A stretch of DNA of 64,000 nt from an uncultured Bacteroidales bacterium (GTDB taxonomy: Bacteria; Bacteroidota; Bacteroidia; Bacteroidales; VadinHA17), in contig CAWEYU010000004.1 of the NCBI GenBank assembly GCA_963813405.1, forward strand, positions 392,769-456,768, given 5' to 3'. Positions 37,544-46,305 of this stretch are shown here, one piece after another. Numbering within the stretch: the stretch's first letter is position 1; every line of letters begins with the position of its first letter. Below the pieces are notes generated by a model that was not told the DNA's origin, did not search any database, and saw only the letters and a list, made by a program, of their open reading frames with translations. Made by a program: the position numbers and the translations under genes.

Positions 37544-40357
37544 CTATTTCGCTGCTGGTATCAAAGCCACCTCAACATAGTTTTTGGTATCGAGATATTT
37601 TTTTGCGACAGCTTTAATATCATCCTTTGTTATAGAATTTACAAAATTCTTAAACTCATCAAGTGACATAAGTTTGTCACCCACATAATAAAAGTTCTGC
37701 AAGGCTGTAAGCCAGAAACTGTTTTCTTTCATACGTGATTCACGTTCCCTGATCAAAGTTTCTTTGACTTTATTAATATCAATATCTGTAGGTCCGTCTT
37801 TTTGAATCTTTCCCATTTCATCCAAAACTGTCTGAGAGAGTTTCTTAATGTTGTCCGGACTACATCCCCAGCCGGCCTGTACAGTAAACATTTGTCTTGG
37901 GAATTTTTGTGCAGTACCTCCAATGCTTACACCATAAACCCCTCCCTGATCCTCACGCATCGATTCACGGCATTTTATTGAAAGGACATTCATCAGCATT
38001 GTAAAACACTGACGTTCTTTTTCGTTATAGGTAAAATCGCCTTTCCATACCATTGCCACCTGACTTTGAGGTTCAGAATTCTTCGGAACCTCAACATTTA
38101 CAAGTCCTTTAGGAAATTTAGGTGTTATATCTCTGAATGTTTCCTTTCTTTTTATTGAAGGAAGTCCTCCGATGTATTTCTCAAGCATCGGAAGCACGTC
38201 ATCAACTTTAAAATTTCCGACCATCAGGTAGGTAAAATCACTCGCATCCGCAAAACGATCCTTGAATATGGCTAATGATCTATCAAGGTTGATCTGGTTA
38301 AGCTGAGCTTCAGAGGGGACTGCAATAGTCCTTGGATTATTTTGAGTAATGATCTTTTGCAAAGTATCTGCAAAGATAACTCTGGGAACCGCACGCATTG
38401 GCTTATATGTGTTCTTCATCTGAGATACAAAAGCATTAAATGCATCATTATCCTTCCTGATCTTTGTAAAATAGAGATAATTCAATTGTAACATAGTTTC
38501 AAGATCTTTCGGAGAACAATTCCCGGTGAATCCTTCGCGCAAATCATATATATATGGATTAAGCTTAGCGGTATTTCCTGAAAGTTTTTTCTGCAAGTTG
38601 ATGAAGTCAAAATCGCCAAGACCACTTTGATTAATGATGCTGGTGGCAAATGTCGCCGACATAATGTCATTGTCGGGATAGAGAGATGTTCCTCCCAAAC
38701 TGTAAGCCGATAAAAGAATTTCGTCGTTCTTATAATCCGTTGTCTTTAGTATCATTCTGACCCCATTCCCGAAAGACAATTCTGTAAACACAAAGTCTTT
38801 GTTTTCTTTCCTGTCGATAACTTTGGTTCCTACAGGTTTCTCAGCTAAAATCGGTGCATCAGTAACATTGTCCTTATATGCAGTTATTTGTCTGGCTTTG
38901 ACAGATTTAATTATGTTTAAAATCTGACTTTCCGTTGGCACATTTACTCCCTCTTTTTGTGGTGCCATTACCAAACCGAACATGTTCTCCTCAGTAATCC
39001 ACTTTTCACCCAGTTTATTTATTTCATCCAGTGTAATCCCAGGCATGAATTCTTTAGTTATATCAAATTCTTTCTGTATTCCGGGAATGCATTCCTGATC
39101 GAGATAATTTCTCACATATTCGTCAGCATATTGTGCCGATTGAGTTTTATCAGATTCTTTGGCCATCGTTTCATACCTTGCAAGAATAGATTTTTTCTCA
39201 CGTTCAAGTTCAGTTGTCGTGAATCCATACTTCCGGACTCTTTCATTTTCAACAAGAACAACCTCAAGACTTTTATCTATTTGATTTTCTTTAGCCCCGA
39301 CCTGTAACATATAGGCATCGATAGAGCGGCCAATAAAGGGGCCATATTCTGCTGCCGCATACATGAATGGAGCATCCGGCTTCTGGGTTATCTCCTGGAG
39401 CCTGTTATTTAACATACCTGTATAAAGCGATCGCATCAGTTGATTCCGATAGTCTGTAAAGGTTATATTATCAGATTTCGGATGCTTGAAACCAATTATC
39501 GCGTTATAACCCGGTGCTTCTTTATCAGTTACAACACTTATCAGTGGTTCAACATTGTCCGGTACCGGAAATTCGATCCGTTTTTTTGGATTTACAGCTT
39601 TTGGTATCCGTCCGAAATACTCCTTTACTTTTTTCTCAGCAAGTGACGGATCAATATCCCCAACAATTACTACAGCCATCAGATCGGGTCGATACCAGGT
39701 TTTGTAAAAAGCCCTCAAGGTATCATACGGGAAACTTTTTATTACTTCAACTTTCCCGATGGGGAGTCGTTCCGCATATCGGGAGCCTTTAAGAATAACA
39801 GGCAAATACTTCAGCATCATCCTGTCATCTGCACCCAGTCCCAGTCGCCATTCTTCAACAATCACACCTCTTTCTTTATCAATCTCAGCACTTTCCATGC
39901 TTACCTGGTGGGCCCAGTCTTCCAATATCTGGAAACCCCGGTTGATCCATTCCTCTTTGTCGGTTGGTACCTTCAGCATATATACTGTCTGGTCGAAACT
40001 TGTACCCGCATTCAATTCAGCGCCAAACTTTACACCCATCTCTTCAAGCATATTGATTATCTTATTGGAAGGAAAATTTTTTGTTCCGTTGAAACACATA
40101 TGTTCAACAAAATGAGCTAACCCCAGCTGACCGCTTGTTTCACAAACAGAACCGGCATTTACTGCAAGACGTAATTCAACTCTCTGCTCCGGCTTTTTGT
40201 TCTGTTTGATGTAATAAGTCATGCCATTATCGAGTTTGCCGATTATTATTTTCGGATCAGGAGGAATTGATTTACCCGGATCTGCAATCTGAGCAGATAA
40301 GCTCATTATTACGAATCCCAGAAGAATAGCAATGAATAGCAATTTAGATTTTTTCAT
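37544..40357 (-). CDS. M16 family zinc protease (PqqL-like), secreted
   Basis: GKLDNGMTYYI, GLAHFVEHMCFNGT (HxxEH), ERGVIVEEWR, WYRPDLM. Confidence 0.93.
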   Translation of the reverse strand: MKKSKLLFIAILLGFVIMSLSAQIADPGKSIPPDPKIIIGKLDNGMTYYIKQNKKPEQRVELRLAVNAGSVCETSGQLGLAHFVEHMCFNGTKNFPSNKIINMLEEMGVKFGAELNAGTSFDQTVYMLKVPTDKEEWINRGFQILEDWAHQVSMESAEIDKERGVIVEEWRLGLGADDRMMLKYLPVILKGSRYAERLPIGKVEVIKSFPYDTLRAFYKTWYRPDLMAVVIVGDIDPSLAEKKVKEYFGRIPKAVNPKKRIEFPVPDNVEPLISVVTDKEAPGYNAIIGFKHPKSDNITFTDYRNQLMRSLYTGMLNNRLQEITQKPDAPFMYAAAEYGPFIGRSIDAYMLQVGAKENQIDKSLEVVLVENERVRKYGFTTTELEREKKSILARYETMAKESDKTQSAQYADEYVRNYLDQECIPGIQKEFDITKEFMPGITLDEINKLGEKWITEENMFGLVMAPQKEGVNVPTESQILNIIKSVKARQITAYKDNVTDAPILAEKPVGTKVIDRKENKDFVFTELSFGNGVRMILKTTDYKNDEILLSAYSLGGTSLYPDNDIMSATFATSIINQSGLGDFDFINLQKKLSGNTAKLNPYIYDLREGFTGNCSPKDLETMLQLNYLYFTKIRKDNDAFNAFVSQMKNTYKPMRAVPRVIFADTLQKIITQNNPRTIAVPSEAQLNQINLDRSLAIFKDRFADASDFTYLMVGNFKVDDVLPMLEKYIGGLPSIKRKETFRDITPKFPKGLVNVEVPKNSEPQSQVAMVWKGDFTYNEKERQCFTMLMNVLSIKCRESMREDQGGVYGVSIGGTAQKFPRQMFTVQAGWGCSPDNIKKLSQTVLDEMGKIQKDGPTDIDINKVKETLIRERESRMKENSFWLTALQNFYYVGDKLMSLDEFKNFVNSITKDDIKAVAKKYLDTKNYVEVALIPAAK

Positions 40358-40485
40358 GGTTTAGATTTTTAATATTCTGACCTCAGATACAGCTAATTTG
40401 GTATAGCAATTTATGAACAAAATCAGAGAAAATCAAAAAAAAATTCCGGCCTTTGATCCTCAGTCGATATTCAATGTAAAACGTT

Positions 40486-43299
40486 ATGAAAAACATCAAA
40501 ACACTTTTTGTACCGGTACTGGCTTTAATGATGTCCATTTCGACAAACGCCCAGACAAATCCGACAACTTTGGTGCCCCTTGACCCTGAAATAAAGACAG
40601 GGAGACTTGAAAATGGAATGACTTACTTTATCAGACACAACAATGAACCGGAAAAGAGGGCGAGCTTTTATTTCATACAGAATGTAGGTGCTCTCCTTGA
40701 AAATGATAACCAGAATGGCCTGGCTCACTTCCTTGAACACATGGCATTTAATGGAACGCTTCACTTCCCCGGCAAGGCCTTAATAAGCTCGCTTGAAAAA
40801 CACGGGGTCTCTTTCGGAACTAATATCAATGCCTATACCGGCCAGGATGAGACAATATATAATCTGAGCGATGTGCCTGTTGACTCTCCGGGATTAATGG
40901 ATTCCTGTCTCCTTGCATTGTTTGACTGGTCGCATTCTATCAGCCTTACAGAAAAGGAGATAGATGCTGAAAGGCCTGTTATCACCGAAGAATGGAGAAC
41001 AAGAAGAGATGCAGATTTCAGGATGAGTGAAAAGTATCTCCCGGTCATTCTGAAAGATTCAAAGTACGCAATAAGAGATGTGATAGGTGACACTGATGTA
41101 ATTAAAAACTTCAGTTACAACACTTTAAGGCAATTCTATTATGAGTGGTACCGTCCTGATCTGCAAGCTGTTGCAGTGGTGGGTGATTTTGATGTGAATG
41201 ATATTGAAAAAAAGATCAGGTCTCTCTTTTCACAATTAAAACCAGTTGAAAATCCACAACCGAGACCCGTATTTGAGTTACCTGCTCACAAGGAAACTTT
41301 TTATGTCCTGGCAACTGACAAAGAAGCTTCTCAGTCGTCTGTTGATATATTTATTATCCGGAAAGGAACAGATCCGTCCGGGAAAAATCTGGGTTATCTT
41401 CGTGAACAGCTCATGATACGGCTTATGAATGCAATGATGAGTACCAGGATAAATGATCTCCTTCAAAAAGGAAATCCCCCCTTCGTCTCAGGAGCGATAA
41501 GATACTCTGAAATAGTAAGGGGATATAATGGACTAAATATATCAGCCACTGCAAAACCGAATCAGGAGGATCTTGCCCTTCGTGCAGTCTATACAGAAGC
41601 AGAAAGGGCAAAAAGATCGGGATTCACTCCCGGGGAAATGGAAAGGGCAAAGGCAAATCTTATTACCGGATACGAAAACTATTATAAACAGAAGGATAAG
41701 GTCCCCAATGACCAGTACATCTCTCAGATTCAGGATTATTTTCTGACAAAGGAACCTTCACCATCGATTGATTTTGAGTATGACTTCGTTAAAAGTACTT
41801 TGCCTGGAATCACCACAGAGGATGTCTCACAACTTTTCAATAATCTTATGGGTGATGACAATCGTGTAATCGTTGTAATGGGCCAGGATGACAAAAATGT
41901 CAGACACCTGTCAGAATCTGAATCAAAAGAGATTATAAGGAAAGTCCAATCATCGGATATTTCAGCATATCAGGAGATTATGATCAAGGATTCGCTTATA
42001 GCTGAAAAACTCACAGGTTCTAAGGTTATCAGAACAGCAGAACTGAAACAGTTCGGAGCCATTGAATGGACTCTGGCTAATGATGCCAAGGTGATTTTTA
42101 AGAAGGTTGATTTTGAGAAAGATAATGTTATTCTTTCAGCATACAGTTTAGGCGGAACTTCATTATACGATGTTGACATGCTCCCCTCAGCAACCATGTT
42201 ACCTTCAGTGATCGGACAATACGGGATCGGGGATTTTGATTATATAACACTTCAGAAAATTATGTCAGGCAAAAATGCCGATGCCAACATAAACCTTGGT
42301 GAACTTTCCGAAGGGATCACCGGCTCTTCTTCAGTTAAAGATTTTGAAACAATGATGCAACTCCTTTATCTCCGTTTTAAAAAGCCAAGATTCGACAAAG
42401 AGGCATATAATGCCATTATGACAAGGTATGAAGCATTTCTGACCAATATGGCAAAAGATCCTTCAAAAATAATGCAGGATTCCGTTTCGCTGTTCCTTAC
42501 AAACTACAGCCCAAGAACAATGGTTATGAATCCTGATTTTCTTAAGCTTGTTGATTTTGAAAAAATTAAAAAGATCTATACTGAAAGGTTTAAAAATGCA
42601 TCCGGTTTTACTTTCTTCATTGTTGGGAATATTTCTGCGGATACAGCCAGACAGTTGGCTGAAAAATATATAGGATCAATAAAGGGAAAACGAGACAAAG
42701 AAAATTTTATTGACAGAAAGGTCATGCCCCCTAAAGGGAAATTTATAAAGGATGTGCAAATACCACTTGCAGTTCCGAAAGCAACAGTCTTTATAAGCCA
42801 TAACACACCAATGAAGTACACCTCTTATAATAACGTTGTTCTTAAAGTCATACAAGTGATCCTTGATATTGTCTTTACAGAAAAAGTCAGAGAAGAGGCA
42901 GGCGGCACTTACGATGTATCGATAAATATAGGTTCCCAGAAATATCCTGTTCAGCTAGCCACCGATCTGATTATGTTTGATTGCGATCCGGCAAAAGCAA
43001 ATGATCTTAAAGCAATAATTTACAGGGAGCTGAATAACCTCATCACAATAGGTCCGGGCAAGGAGAATCTCGGGAAAGCAGTAAGCAATCTTTTGAAAAA
43101 CAGGGAAGAATCCAGGCTTCACAATTCATACTGGAGTAATGCATTGTATGCTTATTACTTTACAGGAATTGATGTAAACGATCCCGGAAATTATGAGGAG
43201 ATCCTGAAAAAACTTACTACTGATGATATCAAAGAAGTTGCCATACAGTTTTTCACAAATGCAGATCTGGCAGATATTGTTTTCAGACCTAAAAACTAA
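40486..43299 (+). CDS. M16 family zinc protease (PqqL-like), secreted; paralog
   Basis: GRLENGMTYFI, GLAHFLEHMAFNGT, EEWRTR, WYRPDLQ. Confidence 0.93.
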   Translation: MKNIKTLFVPVLALMMSISTNAQTNPTTLVPLDPEIKTGRLENGMTYFIRHNNEPEKRASFYFIQNVGALLENDNQNGLAHFLEHMAFNGTLHFPGKALISSLEKHGVSFGTNINAYTGQDETIYNLSDVPVDSPGLMDSCLLALFDWSHSISLTEKEIDAERPVITEEWRTRRDADFRMSEKYLPVILKDSKYAIRDVIGDTDVIKNFSYNTLRQFYYEWYRPDLQAVAVVGDFDVNDIEKKIRSLFSQLKPVENPQPRPVFELPAHKETFYVLATDKEASQSSVDIFIIRKGTDPSGKNLGYLREQLMIRLMNAMMSTRINDLLQKGNPPFVSGAIRYSEIVRGYNGLNISATAKPNQEDLALRAVYTEAERAKRSGFTPGEMERAKANLITGYENYYKQKDKVPNDQYISQIQDYFLTKEPSPSIDFEYDFVKSTLPGITTEDVSQLFNNLMGDDNRVIVVMGQDDKNVRHLSESESKEIIRKVQSSDISAYQEIMIKDSLIAEKLTGSKVIRTAELKQFGAIEWTLANDAKVIFKKVDFEKDNVILSAYSLGGTSLYDVDMLPSATMLPSVIGQYGIGDFDYITLQKIMSGKNADANINLGELSEGITGSSSVKDFETMMQLLYLRFKKPRFDKEAYNAIMTRYEAFLTNMAKDPSKIMQDSVSLFLTNYSPRTMVMNPDFLKLVDFEKIKKIYTERFKNASGFTFFIVGNISADTARQLAEKYIGSIKGKRDKENFIDRKVMPPKGKFIKDVQIPLAVPKATVFISHNTPMKYTSYNNVVLKVIQVILDIVFTEKVREEAGGTYDVSINIGSQKYPVQLATDLIMFDCDPAKANDLKAIIYRELNNLITIGPGKENLGKAVSNLLKNREESRLHNSYWSNALYAYYFTGIDVNDPGNYEEILKKLTTDDIKEVAIQFFTNADLADIVFRPKN

Positions 43300-43445
43300 T
43301 TGCATGCGTTAAAAAAACATAAAACAGTTGTTACAGGTCCTCTCTTATGCCAGCACGTCGGATAATTAGATTATTCTTTTTATAACTTTGTTATCTTTAG
43401 TAACGTTCAAAAAGTTAACTTACTCTAAATTAAAATTATATTCTG

Positions 43446-44753
43446 ATGAGATCCACAAGAAGAACATTCATTAAATCTGCTTCACTTTTAGCAGCAGGAT
43501 CAGTTATTCCATTTGAATCATTCACTACCGGCCGCTCCAATGTACCTGCTAACGAAAAAATACGCATTGCTCTGATTGGCGCCAACAGCCAGGGATGGAA
43601 CAATCTGGTCTCCTTTATGAAAAATAAGGAGATTGATTGTGTTGCAATGTGCGATATTGATAAAAATGTTCTGACAAACCGTACAAATGATCTCCTGAAA
43701 ATGAACCTTCCTAAACCAAAGCTTTATGTCGACTACAGGAAGATGCTTGAGAATAAGGATATTGATGCTGTCATAATAGCCACACCAGATCACTGGCATT
43801 GCAGGATATTTGTTGACTGCCTTGAAGCAGGCAAACATATATATGTTGAAAAACCGATAGGCAATTCAATTGCAGAGATAAATATTATGCAAAAAGCTGC
43901 CAAAAAAAGCGGTAAGATTGTACAGGTGGGTCAATGGCAAAGAAGCCAGCCGCATTTTGTTGATGCCATTAATTTTGTTAAGTCCGGAAAGCTTGGAAGG
44001 ATCCGTGCCTGCAAGGCATGGTCATTTGTTGACTGGAAAGGAGCAATACCGAAAGTCCCTGATTCACCAGCTCCTGAAGGAGTTGATTATGATATGTGGC
44101 TCGGCCCGGCGCCGAAACGTCCCTTCAACAAGAACCGTTTTCATCAATCCTGGCGCTGGTACTGGGAATATGGTAATGGTGTGATGACCGACTGGGGTGT
44201 TCACCTCATAGATTATATATTATACGGAATGGGGAAATCTATACCCGAATCAGTAATGGCAGTCGGTGGTAAATATGCTTTCCCGAACGATGACATGAAT
44301 ACTCCCGACACTATGACAGCAGTCTATGACTTCAAAGAGTTTTCCATGATCTGGGAACACTCTATAGGGATCGGACTTGGCAATTGGGCAAGACCTCACG
44401 GAATGGCATATACAGGCGAAAATGGAACACTTGTTCTGGATAGGAACGGCTGGGAGGTAATTCCTGAAAAAAAGAAAATGGAAGCTCTGCCGGTACAGAA
44501 GAATGTCGGGAATGGACTTGATCTTCATACCAGAAACTTCCTGGATTGCATCAATAATAACACTCCTGCAAAACTAAATGCTTCAATAGACATCGGAAGA
44601 AATGTTGCACTTGTTGCCCAGATGGGTAATGTTGCCTACCGGTCAGGAGAAAAGGTTTTATGGGACAATACGAAACAGCAGTTCACCACTGCAACGGCAA
44701 ATAAATTTATTACACCTGAATATCATAACGGGTGGACGTTACCGAAATACTAG
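43446..44753 (+). CDS. Gfo/Idh/MocA oxidoreductase with Tat signal
   Basis: TRRTFIK, IATPDHWH, YVEKP, DYDMWLGPAP, DWGVHLID; TAACTTTG box at 43383-43390. Confidence 0.92.
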   Translation: MRSTRRTFIKSASLLAAGSVIPFESFTTGRSNVPANEKIRIALIGANSQGWNNLVSFMKNKEIDCVAMCDIDKNVLTNRTNDLLKMNLPKPKLYVDYRKMLENKDIDAVIIATPDHWHCRIFVDCLEAGKHIYVEKPIGNSIAEINIMQKAAKKSGKIVQVGQWQRSQPHFVDAINFVKSGKLGRIRACKAWSFVDWKGAIPKVPDSPAPEGVDYDMWLGPAPKRPFNKNRFHQSWRWYWEYGNGVMTDWGVHLIDYILYGMGKSIPESVMAVGGKYAFPNDDMNTPDTMTAVYDFKEFSMIWEHSIGIGLGNWARPHGMAYTGENGTLVLDRNGWEVIPEKKKMEALPVQKNVGNGLDLHTRNFLDCINNNTPAKLNASIDIGRNVALVAQMGNVAYRSGEKVLWDNTKQQFTTATANKFITPEYHNGWTLPKY

Positions 44754-44755
44754 AA

Positions 44756-44849
44756 CGGTGCGGCGGTGCGAAGGTGCGAAGGTGCGATGGTAAGAAACTA
44801 AAAAGATATCATATCCCGAACCGCCGAACCGTCGCACCGTCAAACCGTC
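44756..44849. repeat. 8-bp-periodic inverted repeat between convergent genes
   Basis: CGGTGCGG CGGTGCGA AGGTGCGA AGGTGCGA TGGT ... CCCGAACC GCCGAACC GTCGCACC GTCAAACC. Confidence 0.75.
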
Positions 44850-44850
44850 T

Positions 44851-45837
44851 TCAGGTCGTTGCCCTGATCTCTCCGATCATCTTCTTTATCTCTTGCCATT
44901 TTGTATGATCAAGTCTTGCCCCTGGTATTTCAATAACTTTTCCTGAAAGTATGGCACCGTAGAGGCCGCAATTCTCCAGTGAGTCATTCGTGGCAACGCC
45001 ATAAAGAAAGCCCGATGCATAAAGGTCACCGGCACCGGTAGTGTCTCTTGCGTTTACAGGTATGGTCCCAATCTTGATCACCTCTTCGCCTCTTTTCAGC
45101 CACGAACCCTGTGAACCAACTTTTACAACTGCTGTCTCACATAGTTCTGAAAGACGAAAAACGGCTGTTTCGGCATCAAGCCCTGTAAATGCTTTTGCCT
45201 CTTCCTCATTGGCAAAGATAATATCCACATATTTTTCAATAATCTCTTTAAAATCGGCGAGTTTAGCCTCCACAACATTATAGCTTGCAAGGTCAAGTGC
45301 AACCTTCATGCCGTTAGCTTTTGCAATTTTGCATGCAGTTTCAACAAGAGGCTTATTGATAATCAGATATCCTTCCATATAGAGGATATCATATTTTTTA
45401 AAATCTGATGGATTGAGATCCTTTTCAGTCAGTTCTACTGCGGCACCCAGATGAGTGGCAAATGTTCTTTCGGAGTCAGGAGTGATTAATGCAACTGCAG
45501 TACCTGTAGGAGTCAGGCGCCGGTGCAGGAAGGCAGTCACTCCTGCTTTTTTCAGGTCATTTTCAAAAAAATCACCTGTTTCATCCTTCCCGATTGAACC
45601 AATAAAACCGGTAGAAACACCCAGTAATGAGAGACCATGGATAGTATTGGCTGCAGAGCCGCCGGAAGCCATGGTTTTATTAAAACTCCCTGTTACGGTT
45701 TTTATTGATTCCGACTTATTACTATCGACAAGCTGCATGCTGCCTTTTGGAAGAGAGAACTTAAGTAAGATTTGATCGTCATCTAAAATTGTTACAACAT
45801 CGACAAGTGCGTTCCCGATGCCAATAATATTCTTCAT
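44851..45837 (-). CDS. PfkB-family (adenosine/nucleoside) kinase
   Basis: GIGNALVD, GGSAANT, DSERTFATHLGA, DTTGAGDLYASGF; start placed at ATG 45837. Confidence 0.9.
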   Translation of the reverse strand: MKNIIGIGNALVDVVTILDDDQILLKFSLPKGSMQLVDSNKSESIKTVTGSFNKTMASGGSAANTIHGLSLLGVSTGFIGSIGKDETGDFFENDLKKAGVTAFLHRRLTPTGTAVALITPDSERTFATHLGAAVELTEKDLNPSDFKKYDILYMEGYLIINKPLVETACKIAKANGMKVALDLASYNVVEAKLADFKEIIEKYVDIIFANEEEAKAFTGLDAETAVFRLSELCETAVVKVGSQGSWLKRGEEVIKIGTIPVNARDTTGAGDLYASGFLYGVATNDSLENCGLYGAILSGKVIEIPGARLDHTKWQEIKKMIGEIRATT

Positions 45838-45853
45838 CAGCAAAAATTTTCGT

Positions 45854-45892
45854 CAAAGATATTGCTTAATTCAGTAAAAGCCCTTACTTTTG
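45854..45892. promoter_or_regulatory. Divergent Bacteroidota promoters for the kinase (-) and tRNA-Asn (+)
   Basis: TATCTTTG on the minus strand (45854-45861); TTG at 45862 plus TACTTTTG at 45885-45892 on the plus strand. Confidence 0.55.
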
Positions 45893-45926
45893 GCACTCTT
45901 AAAACAAGAAAGTACATTTTTAAAAT

Positions 45927-46003
45927 TCCTCAGTAGCTCAGTTGGTTAGAGCATCTGACTGTTAATCAGAGGGTCGCTGGTTCGAGTCCAGCCTGGGGAG
46001 CCA
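45927..46003 (+). tRNA. tRNA-Asn (GTT)
   Basis: Acceptor TCCTCAG/CTGGGGA, D-arm GCTC..GAGC, anticodon arm TCTGA-CTGTTAA-TCAGA, T-arm GCTGG-TTCGAGT-CCAGC, discriminator G plus encoded CCA. Confidence 0.98.
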
Positions 46004-46007
46004 AAGC

Positions 46008-46044
46008 AGACAAGAGGTCAAAATCGATCTCTTGTCTTTTTTTT
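46008..46044 (+). terminator. Intrinsic terminator after tRNA-Asn
   Basis: AGACAAGAG...CTCTTGTCT followed by a T-run. Confidence 0.75.
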
Positions 46045-46105
46045 ACGACCTTCTGAAATCCACACCAAATATAGGAATAAGAAAAAGTGATTAACAATAA
46101 CTGAG

Positions 46106-46156
46106 GGTTGCAACTTTTAAATTCTTAAAATTGGATTTTTTGTCAGAGTTGCAACC
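46106..46156. repeat. Inverted pair GGTTGCAACT ... AGTTGCAACC just downstream of tRNA-Asn
   Basis: 10-bp perfect inverted repeats 31 bp apart; the same motif heads the downstream repeats. Confidence 0.65.
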
Positions 46157-46305
46157 ATTGGGCTACTTTCGTACTATACTTGAGGTGATTTGCACAAAAT
46201 ACCTGCCAGCCCTCTAACAGTTGCTTCTGGGACGCTTTTATGGGACAATTTCATAAGGTATTACTAAAAGAATTGTTTATTTGCAAAATCATAATCTTGG
46301 TTCAA

